Assembly: GCA_965277805.1 (NCBI GenBank)
Contig: OZ255842.1
Span: 1,952,001 to 2,016,000, forward strand
DNA from: Candidatus Lustribacter sp.
GTDB taxonomy: Bacteria > Vulcanimicrobiota > Vulcanimicrobiia > Vulcanimicrobiales > Vulcanimicrobiaceae
DNA: 64,000 nucleotides
Reading direction: 5' to 3'
Position numbers and translations under genes: made by a program
Notes under the pieces: generated by a model
Database searches by the model: none
Told to the model about the DNA's origin: nothing
What the model saw: only the letters and a program-made list of their open reading frames with translations
Part shown: positions 19,135-29,374 of the stretch, in pieces
How the letters are laid out: every line of letters starts with the position of its first letter
Position numbering within the stretch: the first letter of the stretch is position 1

Positions 19135-20213
19135 AATATACGAAACTCGGCAGCGGCGGAGCCGTCGTCTCTAAGATCGCGCTCGGCACGATGTACTTCG
19201 GCGATGAGACGTCGCAAAACGACGCCTTTGCGATTCTCGATGCATTCCTCGAAGCGGGCGGCAATCTCATCGATACCGCCGACGTCTATGCCGGCAGTGC
19301 ATCCGAACTGACCATCGGCCGCTGGCTGGCAGCGCGTCCGAAGGACATCACGGATCGCGTCGTTCTCGCAACCAAGGGGCGCAGTACCAGCGGAACTGAC
19401 GTGAACGACGTCGGTCTGTCACGGCGTCATCTCCACCGCGCTTTGAATGGATCACTTCGCCGGCTGGGCGTTGAGACGATCGATCTCTACCAGATGCACG
19501 CATCCGACATGCACACACCGGTCGAAGAAACGCTTGCGTTTCTAGACGATGCGGTCAATGCCGGCAAGATTCTTTACGCCGGCCTTTCGAACTTTACCGG
19601 CTGGCAACTTCAGCTGTTCGTCTCCACGGCCAAAGCGATGGGAATCCAACCTCCGGTCACGCTGCAGCCGCAATACAGTCTGCTTTCACGGGAAATCGAA
19701 TGGGAGATCGTACCGGCTGCGCGCTATAACGGTCTTGGTTTGTTGCCCTGGTCTCCCCTCGCCGGTGGATTCCTTACCGGTAAGTATCAGCGCGGCAGCA
19801 CGCCTGAAGCGCAAACGCGGGCCGGATCGCAGAAGAATCTCTATCAGTGGACGTCGGAAGAATACGCGGAGAGCGATCGCAACTGGGCGACGATCGATAC
19901 GGTCGTTCGCATCGCGAATGAACTCGGCGTGCCGGTATCGCAGGTTGCACTGAGCTGGCTTGCGGATCGTCCCGGCGTCACCGCCCCCATCGTCGGCGCC
20001 CGCAGCTTGAAGCACCTCGCGGAAAATCTCGGTGCGCTCGATCTCACGCTCGATGCGAAGACGACGGCCGAGCTTGACGCCGTGAGCGCGCCAAAGCCGG
20101 GCGGGTATCCGTACGGGGCATTCGGCGCCTGGCAGCGCGGCCGCGATCTTCGAGATGGTGCCGGAGCTCCACCGGCGCCGTTTTCGGCCGGCTCAGATCA
20201 TCCGACCGGTTAG
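19131..20213 (+). CDS. Aldo/keto reductase
   Basis: [49 protein letters not shown] overlap with the cupin gene. Confidence 0.92.
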   Translation: MKYTKLGSGGAVVSKIALGTMYFGDETSQNDAFAILDAFLEAGGNLIDTADVYAGSASELTIGRWLAARPKDITDRVVLATKGRSTSGTDVNDVGLSRRHLHRALNGSLRRLGVETIDLYQMHASDMHTPVEETLAFLDDAVNAGKILYAGLSNFTGWQLQLFVSTAKAMGIQPPVTLQPQYSLLSREIEWEIVPAARYNGLGLLPWSPLAGGFLTGKYQRGSTPEAQTRAGSQKNLYQWTSEEYAESDRNWATIDTVVRIANELGVPVSQVALSWLADRPGVTAPIVGARSLKHLAENLGALDLTLDAKTTAELDAVSAPKPGGYPYGAFGAWQRGRDLRDGAGAPPAPFSAGSDHPTG

Positions 20214-20222
20214 GCCGGCTCG

Positions 20223-22253
20223 TTATCGATCGAGCTGCCAAGCGTTCCAATAGTCGCGGCCGAGCGGGTTCGGCGTAAAGGCGGCGAGCGCGTTGCGCAC
20301 CACGTACGTTCGCCGTTCGAACCCGAGCGGAACGACCGGCAACTGCTCGATGAGGATGGCGCCCGCGTTCCGGTAGAACGGCGCGCGGGTTGACGGATCG
20401 TACGCCCGGGCGCCGCGCGCTTCGTCGCGGTCGTACGCGGCGTTGCAAAAGAACATGGAGTTGCCGCCGCCTGGCGGCGTTGCGGCGCACCCGAAGAGGT
20501 ACGAACGATCGGGATCGAGCGCCGGCGACCATGATGTCAGCGCTAGGTCGTAGTGCGCGCTCTCGAGCACGCCGCCACGGTCTTTCGGGCCCCAGAATTC
20601 GGCTTCGGTATACGAGCGAATGTGCACGGTAACGCCCGCGGCTTCGAGTTGTGAGGCGATCTGGATTGCGGCGCTTGCGCTGTTGCGCCAGGCTGATGCG
20701 ATCGCGAGATCGACGGTGAGATGTTCCGGCCGCAATGTTGCCGCTGCCGCCGTTGCGTTGTGCGCCGGAAGCCGCTGCGTCGTGCGGTACGTTGGATCGA
20801 GTTGAACGGAGTCGGTGGGCACGAGCGTGCCGCGATAGACGGCCGACGCCAACTTCTGCCGATCGATCGCCATAGCCATCGCGCGTCGCACGCGTATGTC
20901 TTGCAATGCCGGGGAGTGAAGGTTGAACTGCAGGTAGTCCACGACGTTTGTGATGCGGCTTAGGATGTGCGTGTCAGGCACCGTGCGCGCGACGTCCACG
21001 CCGAAGCCGGTGACTTCGGCTACGTCGAGTTCGCCCGTGCGTACTTGCACCAAACGCGTTTGCGCATCCGGCACGATCGCTACGTCGACGCGCGGGCTTG
21101 CTGCCGGACCACGCCAGTAGTAGGGGTTGCGTACGAATGATAAGCGTTGGCCGCGCTCCCAGCGCAGCAGACGGAACGGTCCGAGGCCGACGGGGTCCGT
21201 GTCGAGCGAACTTTGGTCGAGCGATGCGTACTTCGCTGCGATGTGGCGCGGCAGAATTGCGAACGGATCGTTTGCGCCGAGCGTGAGGAATGATGAGATG
21301 AAGGGCGCCGACGGCTGCTTCAGTTGCACGACGAGCGTGTCGGGTCGCGGGGCGGACCACCTCGCGACGTCGGCCACGGCCGAGGTGTCGGGGACTGCAG
21401 TCCGGGGATTGCGCAGCGCGTCGATCGTGAAGCCGACGTCGCGGGCGTCGAAGGGGGCGCCGTCGCTCCAGCGGCCGGTGCGGATGCGGTAGGTGATGCG
21501 GCGCCCGTCGGGTGAGATGCCGCCGTTGGCGCGGGTCGGGAGGGCGCGGGCGCGGTCGGGAATGAGACGGCCGCGGTCGTCGACGAGGAACAGGTAGCCC
21601 TGGGTGAGCGGCGCCAGCAGCCAGCCGAACGGGGTATTGCGGATGGTGTTGAGCGAGTTGGGCTCGTCCTCGAGGACGAGAGTGGGGGGCCGGGAGAGCT
21701 CAGCCGCGGCAGCCGGCGTGATCCACGACGTCTTCTTGGGGAGGTAGTGCTGTTCGGCGGCGGCCATTTCGGCGGCGATGTTGGGGTTGAAGCCGAGCCA
21801 TTTGGCGCGCTGGTTGCCCTGCGGGTCGATGACGACCATCGAGGGGAAGGCTTGGATGCCGAAGGCTTCGGCGGCGGTTTGGTCCGGATCGAGGGCGACT
21901 TTTTCCATGGGGTGGGTGCGGGCGAAGGCGGCGACCAGCGGGGCCGGCTCGCCGACGTCGACCGAGATCACGTCGACCTCGGGGTGGGCTTTGGCGAAGG
22001 CCTGGATCAGGGGGATCGACTGCTGGCACGGCTCGCACCAGGTGGCCCAGAAATCGAGATAGGTCAGGCGGCCGTGCTGGCGGTCGATCGCGAAACGGCC
22101 GCCGTCGAGCGTGGTGAGGGCCACCGGCGGGGCCGGGACGATGGCATTTTCGGCTAGCCGGGGCGCGACGAAGAACTCGAAGAGCGCGAAAAGGACGATC
22201 AGGGCCGCGAGGACGTCGAGCCCGCGCGCGACCCACCGGCGAGCCGAAGACAT
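20223..22253 (-). CDS. TlpA-like thioredoxin fused to a family-5 ABC substrate-binding domain
   Basis: N-terminal TM, LDFWATWCEPC, then the SBP_5 motifs NGGISPDGRRITY, WSDGAPFDARDV, GLGPFRL, RNPYYWRG. Confidence 0.85.
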   Translation of the reverse strand: MSSARRWVARGLDVLAALIVLFALFEFFVAPRLAENAIVPAPPVALTTLDGGRFAIDRQHGRLTYLDFWATWCEPCQQSIPLIQAFAKAHPEVDVISVDVGEPAPLVAAFARTHPMEKVALDPDQTAAEAFGIQAFPSMVVIDPQGNQRAKWLGFNPNIAAEMAAAEQHYLPKKTSWITPAAAAELSRPPTLVLEDEPNSLNTIRNTPFGWLLAPLTQGYLFLVDDRGRLIPDRARALPTRANGGISPDGRRITYRIRTGRWSDGAPFDARDVGFTIDALRNPRTAVPDTSAVADVARWSAPRPDTLVVQLKQPSAPFISSFLTLGANDPFAILPRHIAAKYASLDQSSLDTDPVGLGPFRLLRWERGQRLSFVRNPYYWRGPAASPRVDVAIVPDAQTRLVQVRTGELDVAEVTGFGVDVARTVPDTHILSRITNVVDYLQFNLHSPALQDIRVRRAMAMAIDRQKLASAVYRGTLVPTDSVQLDPTYRTTQRLPAHNATAAAATLRPEHLTVDLAIASAWRNSASAAIQIASQLEAAGVTVHIRSYTEAEFWGPKDRGGVLESAHYDLALTSWSPALDPDRSYLFGCAATPPGGGNSMFFCNAAYDRDEARGARAYDPSTRAPFYRNAGAILIEQLPVVPLGFERRTYVVRNALAAFTPNPLGRDYWNAWQLDR

Positions 22254-22299
22254 GTTTCCCGGAGGTTCGCACCTATTGCAACGCGCATCCTACTCCTCG

Positions 22300-23247
22300 A
22301 TGCCTAGCAACCGTGCAGCGTCGGTGACCCTCGACGCGCGCGCCCTGCCCGCGACCAATCGAACGATGCGCATTTTTGATGCCTTCGATAAGTTGCCGGT
22401 CGGAGCAATACTCGAACTTAATGAAGAGAGCGACCCGCGCTCGCTGCGAAATGAATTTCAGCAGTACCGGGCGGGACGCTTTTCCTGGGACGCGCGTAAC
22501 CACGGCTCCGGCCGCTGGACGATTCGTCTCGAGCGGATCGACGAGCGCGCCGACACGCCGACCTTTCTTTCACACTGTCCGCCGTTTGCTTCGGCCAAAC
22601 AGGCGACCATCGCCGAACTGGCCGCGCTCGCGACCGAGCGCAGCTACCGCGCCGGCGAGACGATCTTTGACGAGGGCGAGGTTTGGCCGTACCTCGGTTT
22701 CGTGCGCAGCGGCAAGGTCGTCTACACGCTGCTCTCGCCCGACGGCAAGACGCACGCGCTCGGCGAGCGGCTCACGCACGATTCGATCAACGAATCCGGC
22801 ACCTTCGATCAGGGCGGCTCGACCACGCGTGCTGAGGCGCTCACGGATTGCACGCTCGTGCTGTTGCCGGCGGAAGCCGTGCTGCACGCGGTGCGAAACG
22901 ACGCGGAACTCGGGCTCGGCTTTCTTGCCGCGGCTTCGCAGGCGCGGCGGCGTTCGATCGACACGATTGCCGATCTTGCGTTCGCGCACGTGCTGCAGCG
23001 CGTCGCGAAGTTCCTGATGTCGTACGCGCCGGCGACCACCGGCATGGCATCGGGCTTGCCGGGCGTGGAGAATCTTTCGCAGGCGCAAATTGCGGCGGCT
23101 GCCGGAACGGTTCGCGATATGGCGGCGCGCGCGTTGATCCGGTTGAAGAATGCGAACGCGGTGGAACTCGATCGCGGACGCGTGCGTTCGATCGATCGCG
23201 CGCGGCTCGAGGCGTTTGCCCACGGCGTTCAAGCTCCGCCCGTCTAG
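22300..23247 (+). CDS. Crp/Fnr-family regulator with an N-terminal DUF2249-like domain
   Basis: LDARALP...IFDAFDKLPVG..LELNEESDPRSL...WTIRL, then a cNMP-binding domain (YRAGETIFDEGE) and HTH (LSQAQIAAAAGTVRDMAARAL). Confidence 0.82.
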   Translation: MPSNRAASVTLDARALPATNRTMRIFDAFDKLPVGAILELNEESDPRSLRNEFQQYRAGRFSWDARNHGSGRWTIRLERIDERADTPTFLSHCPPFASAKQATIAELAALATERSYRAGETIFDEGEVWPYLGFVRSGKVVYTLLSPDGKTHALGERLTHDSINESGTFDQGGSTTRAEALTDCTLVLLPAEAVLHAVRNDAELGLGFLAAASQARRRSIDTIADLAFAHVLQRVAKFLMSYAPATTGMASGLPGVENLSQAQIAAAAGTVRDMAARALIRLKNANAVELDRGRVRSIDRARLEAFAHGVQAPPV

Positions 23248-25366
23248 GGGCGGCAAAGCCCTCGTTGCGTTTGCTGCGCTAACGGCGCTGCTTGCGGCCG
23301 GCCCGGGCGGGCTCTTCTATCCGCCGACGCCCGTGCATCCGGTGGTAGATCACTACTTCGGTCATGCGGTCGTCGATCCGTATCGCTGGCTCGAAGACGG
23401 CAACGCGCCGGCGGTGAAGGCATGGGTTGGACGGCAAACGGCACTCGCGCTGGGCTTCCTGCACACCGAGCCGTCGTATCCGATCTACGCACAACGCGTC
23501 GCGGTGCTCGCTCATACGGCGACCCAGCGTTTCGGCTTGCGGATGGCCGGCGGAAATTACGTTTACTTGCGGCAAACGCCGCCGCAACTGCAACCGCAGC
23601 TCGTCGTGCGCGACGGCATTCGCGGCGCGGAACGGGTGCTATTCGATCCGCAGGCGGTTGCCGATCCCGGTGCAGCGCCGCCGGCGATCGAGACGATCGC
23701 GCTCTCGTTCGACGGCGCGAAGGTCGCGTTCACGACGCAACAGGGCGGCGCGGAAAACGAAACGATTCACGTCGTCGACACGGCGACGGGCACGATGCTC
23801 AGCGATACGATCGAGAACGCGGGCGGCGGCACGTCGCCCGTTGCGCTATTGTGGGATGGCGACGGTAACGGCTTTCTGCACACGCAATGGCCGCGCGCAA
23901 CGGACGGCTCACCCGCCAACTCGCACATCGAGATCTGGCACCACGTGCTCGGTGCCGACGCGGCCGGCGACACCTACGTCTTCGGCCGCGGCCTCTCGGC
24001 GCGCGCGGAGTATTCGCTGCTCGGATCGGCCGACGGTAAGTATCAGGCGATCTTCGAAACCGATGGCGACGGCGTGCACGGATCGATCTACGAACGGCCG
24101 GCCGACGGAACGTTTGCGCGCGTGGCAACGCCGGCTGCGGCGATCGGGTCGAGCGGCGCTCCCGCATCACGCTTCAGCGGAGATCGGCTGCTCGTCATTT
24201 CCGCGCAGCGTTCGCCGTTCGGTGAGGTCGTCGGCATCGATCCCGGGTCGACGTTCGAGCACGGCACGGTGCTCGTTCCGGCGAGCGCGAACGCGATCGA
24301 GCGAGTGCTGCCGGTACGCGGCGGCTTTCTCACGCTCGACAACGACGGCGGCGATTCGGCGGCGCGCTTCTTCAGCAATGACGGGAGGCACAAGACGTTG
24401 CCGCTGCCGCCGCAAGTGGCGATCACCGATGCGGCCGCCAATCTCGCCGGCAGCGATGTCGTGCTCGGGCTGACGGGTTACGGCGCGCCCTCGGTTTGGA
24501 TGCGCTACGATCCAGCGACCAACGCGTTCGGTCTTACGGGCATCCGCACGCTCGCGCCCGGCGACTTCTCGGAACTGATCGTGCGCCGTTCGTTCGTTCG
24601 CTCGCTCGACGGCACGGTGCGCATCCCGGTGGAGATCGTCTCGCTCCCGCGGGCGAAGCACGACGGCACCGCCCCGACGATCCTCTACGCATATGGAGCA
24701 TACGGGATCATTACGCGGCCGCATTTCATCGGCTCGATGCTCGCGTTTCTCGAGCGCGGCGGAGTGTACGCGCAAGCCATGGTTCGCGGCGGCGGCGAGT
24801 ACGGCGAACAATGGCACCTCGCGGCGAAATTGGCGACGAAAACGAAAAGCTCCGACGACTTAGCGGCCGTAGCGGCGTGGCTCGGCACGCACGGCTACGG
24901 TACGTCGCGGCACTTGGGCATCCTCGGCGGCAGCGCCGGCGGCTTCTTGATGGGGCTCGCGCTCACGCGCAATCCGGAGCATTACCGGGCCGTGCTCTCG
25001 GAGGTCGGCTTTTACGATCTGCTGCGCTCGGAGCGCACGCCGAACGGGGCGTACAATACGCCGGAGTTCGGAACGGTCAAGGATCCGGCGCAGTTCGCGT
25101 GGATGGTGAAGCAGTCGGCCTATCAGAACGTCGTCACCGGCCGTAAGTATCCGGCCGTGCTGATGACGACGGCTGAAAACGACCCGCGCGTGAACCCGTA
25201 TGAGTCGCGCAAGATGATCGCCCGCTTGCAGGCGGCATCGGCCGCGCCGTACCCGATTCTGTTATGGCAGAAGGCCGGACAAGGACACGGCATCTTCAAC
25301 TCGTACGCGCAACACGTGGCCGATACGGTCGCCACGCTTACGTGGTTCGATTCCCAATTGCGCTGA
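23216..25366 (+). CDS. Prolyl oligopeptidase family (S9A) serine peptidase, probably exported
   Basis: DPYRWLED, LYAYGAYG, RGGGEYGEQWH, GGSAGG nucleophile, ENDPRV, QGHG. The start is uncertain; TTG 23216 was chosen. Confidence 0.88.
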   Translation: MPTAFKLRPSRGGKALVAFAALTALLAAGPGGLFYPPTPVHPVVDHYFGHAVVDPYRWLEDGNAPAVKAWVGRQTALALGFLHTEPSYPIYAQRVAVLAHTATQRFGLRMAGGNYVYLRQTPPQLQPQLVVRDGIRGAERVLFDPQAVADPGAAPPAIETIALSFDGAKVAFTTQQGGAENETIHVVDTATGTMLSDTIENAGGGTSPVALLWDGDGNGFLHTQWPRATDGSPANSHIEIWHHVLGADAAGDTYVFGRGLSARAEYSLLGSADGKYQAIFETDGDGVHGSIYERPADGTFARVATPAAAIGSSGAPASRFSGDRLLVISAQRSPFGEVVGIDPGSTFEHGTVLVPASANAIERVLPVRGGFLTLDNDGGDSAARFFSNDGRHKTLPLPPQVAITDAAANLAGSDVVLGLTGYGAPSVWMRYDPATNAFGLTGIRTLAPGDFSELIVRRSFVRSLDGTVRIPVEIVSLPRAKHDGTAPTILYAYGAYGIITRPHFIGSMLAFLERGGVYAQAMVRGGGEYGEQWHLAAKLATKTKSSDDLAAVAAWLGTHGYGTSRHLGILGGSAGGFLMGLALTRNPEHYRAVLSEVGFYDLLRSERTPNGAYNTPEFGTVKDPAQFAWMVKQSAYQNVVTGRKYPAVLMTTAENDPRVNPYESRKMIARLQAASAAPYPILLWQKAGQGHGIFNSYAQHVADTVATLTWFDSQLR

Positions 25367-25388
25367 TACGGATCACCGAGCTCTGATA

Positions 25389-27032
25389 TCAAATATCCAG
25401 TTCCCAAGGGTTCCAAATCTCAGTCACGGCATGGGCCGGATGAAAGTTCTTCAAGTCGCTGTTGTAAACGTTCACGTTACGTACGAACCAGAGCGTCTCG
25501 AAGGGCCGGTCGGCAACGAGTAAGGTGGATATCTCGGCGTAAGCGCGTGCGCGCGTCGCCTTGTCATTCGATGCAATTGCCGCATTTTCGGCTGCCTGAA
25601 CGCGCGGATTGCAATAGCGCGAAATATTCCAGCCGGCGGGCGGAAATTGGTCGCAGCGATATAGGATCGAATCGTCCGGATCGACGCCATTGTACCAGCG
25701 GGTGAGCGCGACGTCCCATTTGCCCGTCAGCAGAATCCCGCCCTGAGCATAGCTCCCTCCAAACACGGGCGGGAGGTAATCCTTAACGATGAGCTCGACG
25801 CCGATTTGGTACCACCAACGTTGCGCTTCCAAGACGCTCGTCGCGGCAGCAACGTTGCCCGTTTCGTACGCCATGGTCAACGATAGCCGCTGGCCATCCT
25901 TGCGCCGAATGCCGTCGGTACCGACGTGCCACCCCGCAGCATCGAGCAGACGGCGGGCGCGACCGGGGTCGTAGGGAGCGAGCGGAATATGAGCGCTCCA
26001 GCCGTTGTAGGGCGCCTGATCGCCCTCCCCCGGAATCTGTACGTCGTGGGTCACGTTTTCAATCAAGGCGCGCCGATCGGTCGCAAGTACGAGCGCCTCT
26101 CGAACGCGCAGATCCGCAAGGATGGGGTTCTTCAAGTTGAAGTCATAGAACACGTACTGGTTGTCGGGGTTCAATTCGACCGTCGTGCCGGGAAGCCGGC
26201 GATATGACGCAATCAGCGACTGGGAGGCGCCCATCTCCAAGTCCGCCTCGTGCGTTTGGAGCTTGGTCAGGATCGTATTCTCGTTCGGAACGATCTCATA
26301 GTCGACTTCGTCGAGCTTCGGGCGGCCGCGCCAATAATCCGAATTGGCAACAAAGCGGATGTTCGACCCGCGATCCCATTTCACGACCTTGAACGGCCCG
26401 GTCCCGATCGGCTGCTGGTTGTAGGGGATCCGATTCATATCCGGATAGCGCGCAATCAGATGTTTCGGGAGCACCGGATACGTCTCGGCAGACATCGTGA
26501 AGAACGTCGCGGTGAACGGCGCCCAAGCGTGTTTGAGATGGATCACGATCGTCGCATCGTCGATTCTATCGATTCGCTCGATCAATTCGTAGCCGCTTCG
26601 CGATTGCACCGCATTTTTCGGGTTCATCACGGCTTCATAACTGAAAATAACGTCGTCGGCGGAAAACGGGACGCCGTCCTGCCAGCGCACACCGCGGCGC
26701 AAATGATACGTTATCGTTTTGCCGTCCGTCGAAATGCCGTGGTTTGCGACCGTCGGCAAAACCGTTGCGAGTTCGGGCACGAATCGATTGCGATCGTTCC
26801 AGTTGAAGAGATAGCCGGCCCAGAACATCGAGACGTGCACGTCGGTCTGAAGGTAGCCGACGATCGGGTTCAGCGAGTCCGGCTCCTCGGAATCGACGAT
26901 TCGCAGCACGTGCGGTTTCGTCCACGAGTGGCGAGCGCTGCCCGCGGCCTCGATCCTTGCACAGGCGGACAGTAGCAAGAGCACGCCCATCACGACGCCC
27001 GCGCGGAAGATCGTGCCGGCGACGGCATTCAT
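25389..27032 (-). CDS. Peptide/nickel-type (family 5) ABC substrate-binding lipoprotein
   Basis: Lipobox LSAC, EPDSLNP, WQDGVPFSADDV, IGTGPFKV, YWRGRPKLD. Confidence 0.9.
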   Translation of the reverse strand: MNAVAGTIFRAGVVMGVLLLLSACARIEAAGSARHSWTKPHVLRIVDSEEPDSLNPIVGYLQTDVHVSMFWAGYLFNWNDRNRFVPELATVLPTVANHGISTDGKTITYHLRRGVRWQDGVPFSADDVIFSYEAVMNPKNAVQSRSGYELIERIDRIDDATIVIHLKHAWAPFTATFFTMSAETYPVLPKHLIARYPDMNRIPYNQQPIGTGPFKVVKWDRGSNIRFVANSDYWRGRPKLDEVDYEIVPNENTILTKLQTHEADLEMGASQSLIASYRRLPGTTVELNPDNQYVFYDFNLKNPILADLRVREALVLATDRRALIENVTHDVQIPGEGDQAPYNGWSAHIPLAPYDPGRARRLLDAAGWHVGTDGIRRKDGQRLSLTMAYETGNVAAATSVLEAQRWWYQIGVELIVKDYLPPVFGGSYAQGGILLTGKWDVALTRWYNGVDPDDSILYRCDQFPPAGWNISRYCNPRVQAAENAAIASNDKATRARAYAEISTLLVADRPFETLWFVRNVNVYNSDLKNFHPAHAVTEIWNPWELDI

Positions 27033-27177
27033 GTCAGCATTAGTGTAACGAAGAGCAGCGGTTAGGGCATTGTCCAAAAGAACAAGTGGGTTCGCGGCCG
27101 TTGTACCGGAATGTCTCCCAGAAAAACATCCATAAAATTGCTTGCACGCCCTGCAAAAAGCCGCGTATAGTGGACGG

Positions 27178-28098
27178 GTGGACACACTCGTTTCGTCTGC
27201 TCAAGTCCCAACCATCGACGTCTCGGCACTCTTCAGCGGGCGCACGTCGGATCTCGAAGCGGTTGGCCGCGAGATCGGCGCCGCGGCTAAATCGATCGGC
27301 TTCTTCTCGATCGTCAACCATGGCCTCGAGCGCAACGTCGCCGAGGTCTTGGCGGAGGCCACGCGGTTCTTCGCTTCGCCGCTTGAGTTGAAAGAAAGCG
27401 TCGCGATCGAAAGCTATTTCAATGGCTATTCGCGGCTCGACCGGGAGAACGGCGAGCCGCACGAAGCCTACGACATCGGGCCCGACATTGCCGCCGACGA
27501 TCCCGACCTGAGTTCGGGCCGCTCGCTGTTTACGCCACGGCGGTGGCCCGATCTGCCCGGCTTCCGCGAACGGCTCTCGGAGTACTACGACCGCGGCCGT
27601 GAGCTGATCGTCCAGCTCCATCGCGCGATTGCGGTCGATCTCGGAGCCGACGTCGAATTCTTTACCCCGTATTTTACGCGCATGGTAAATCTGCGGATGC
27701 TGCACTATCCACCGCATCCGGAGGGCCGCGCAGGCTGGGGAATCCGGCCGCATACCGACTTCGGAAATCTGACGCTCCTGGCACAAGACAACTACGGCCT
27801 CGAATTGCAAACCCGCGACGGCTCGTGGCTGCCCACCGAAGCGCGAACCGACGCACTCATGTGCAATATCGGCGACTGTCTCATGCGCTGGAGCAACGAT
27901 ACGTATGTTTCGACGCCGCACCGCGTTCTGAACAGCACGGGGCGCTCGCGCCACTCGGTGGCTCTGTTCGGCGACGTCAACGGCGATGCGGTGGTCTCGT
28001 GTCTCGACTCATGCCGGGGACCCGGACGTCCGCCGAAGCATGAACCGATCTTGTTCTCGGACTTCGCGTCCTCGCGATTTTCTTCGGGCTACGACTGA
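27178..28098 (+). CDS. IPNS-family Fe(II)/2-oxoglutarate dioxygenase (type A)
   Basis: VPTIDVS, GFFSIVNHG, LRMLHYP, HTD, CNIGD, TPHRV, RHS. Confidence 0.9.
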   Translation: MDTLVSSAQVPTIDVSALFSGRTSDLEAVGREIGAAAKSIGFFSIVNHGLERNVAEVLAEATRFFASPLELKESVAIESYFNGYSRLDRENGEPHEAYDIGPDIAADDPDLSSGRSLFTPRRWPDLPGFRERLSEYYDRGRELIVQLHRAIAVDLGADVEFFTPYFTRMVNLRMLHYPPHPEGRAGWGIRPHTDFGNLTLLAQDNYGLELQTRDGSWLPTEARTDALMCNIGDCLMRWSNDTYVSTPHRVLNSTGRSRHSVALFGDVNGDAVVSCLDSCRGPGRPPKHEPILFSDFASSRFSSGYD

Positions 28099-29372
28099 GG
28101 CATCGCTCCAAAGTCGACGCGATGGGTGGCGTCGCCGAGGACGACCCGCGACTCGACGGCCGGCGACTCGGCAATGATCGCTCCCCGGCGCACGACGAAC
28201 AGCCGGTTGGCGCGCAGGCGAATTGCTTCGATCGGGTCCGACGCCTGCAGCACGACGAAGTCGGCATTTTTTCCCGGCTCGAGACCGTAGCCATCAAGAC
28301 CCAGCGTGCGCGCGCCATTGGCGGTGACGGCCATAAACGCACTGCGCATCTCGTCGCGCCCGGTTAAGTGGCCAACGTGCACCGCCATGTGCGCAACCTC
28401 CAGCATATCGTGCGATCCGAGACTGTACCACGGATCCCGCACGCAGTCGTGGCCGAAGGCGACGTTGATTCCGAGCGCGTTCATCTCTCGCACTCGGGTC
28501 ATGCCGCGGCGCTTTGGATACGTATCGTGGCGCCCTTGGATCACGATGTTGATCAACGGGTTGGCGACCGCATTGAGGCCGGCCTCGAGCATCAGCGGCA
28601 GCAGCTTGCTTACGTAATAGTTGTCCATGCTATGCATCGAGGTGAGGTGAGACCCCGTTACCCGGCCTTGGAGTCCGAGCCGCACGGTCTCTGCGGCCAG
28701 CGTCTCGACGTGCCGGGAGAGCGGGTCGTCGGTCTCATCGCAGTGCATGTCGACGCGCAGACCCCGGGCCTCGGCGATCTCGCACAGTTCGCGTACCGAG
28801 GCGGCACCGTCGGCCATCGTGCGCTCGAAGTGCGGGATCCCGCCCACCACGTCGACGCCGCGGTCGAGCGCCCGCAGCAGATTGGCGCGCGCGTTCGGGC
28901 TGCGGAGGAAGCCGTCTTGCGGGAAGGCGACGAGCTGCAGATCGATGTACGGCGCCATCTCGCGGCGCACGTCGAGCAACGCATCGACGGCCACGAGCGT
29001 ATCGTCGCAAATATCGACGTGCGTTCGAATCGCGAGGTTGCCGCGCGCAATCGCCCAGCGGCACAGCGCGTGCGCGCGTTCGCGGACGTCCTCGGCCGTC
29101 AGCAGCGGCTTCTGTTCGGCCCAAATCGCAATGCCTTCCAGCAAGGTACCCGACTCGTTGAACCGCGGCCGGCCGATGCTCAGCGTGGCGTCCATGTGGA
29201 AATGGCTGTCGACGAAGGGCGGAGTGACGAGGCGCCCGCGAGCGTCGATCTCGCGGGGGGCGCTTGCATCGAGGTGCGGGCGGATCTCGACGATGCGGTC
29301 ACCGCTCACACCGATATCGATGTCGCAGCGTCCGTCCGGAAGGTTGGCGCCGCGAACGATCAGGTCGAGCAT
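28089..29372 (-). CDS. codA: Cytosine deaminase-like metal-dependent amidohydrolase
   Basis: PPFVDSHFHMD, GTLLEGI, VAFPQDG, GGIPHFE, DMHCDETDD, FGHDCVRDPWY. Confidence 0.85.
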   Translation of the reverse strand: MLDLIVRGANLPDGRCDIDIGVSGDRIVEIRPHLDASAPREIDARGRLVTPPFVDSHFHMDATLSIGRPRFNESGTLLEGIAIWAEQKPLLTAEDVRERAHALCRWAIARGNLAIRTHVDICDDTLVAVDALLDVRREMAPYIDLQLVAFPQDGFLRSPNARANLLRALDRGVDVVGGIPHFERTMADGAASVRELCEIAEARGLRVDMHCDETDDPLSRHVETLAAETVRLGLQGRVTGSHLTSMHSMDNYYVSKLLPLMLEAGLNAVANPLINIVIQGRHDTYPKRRGMTRVREMNALGINVAFGHDCVRDPWYSLGSHDMLEVAHMAVHVGHLTGRDEMRSAFMAVTANGARTLGLDGYGLEPGKNADFVVLQASDPIEAIRLRANRLFVVRRGAIIAESPAVESRVVLGDATHRVDFGAMPQS

Positions 29373-29374
29373 AG

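Noticed and set aside
1797-22253. Two proteins both begin MSSARRW
   Set aside because: The codons differ, similarity ends after 7 residues and the families are unrelated, so this is coincidence.
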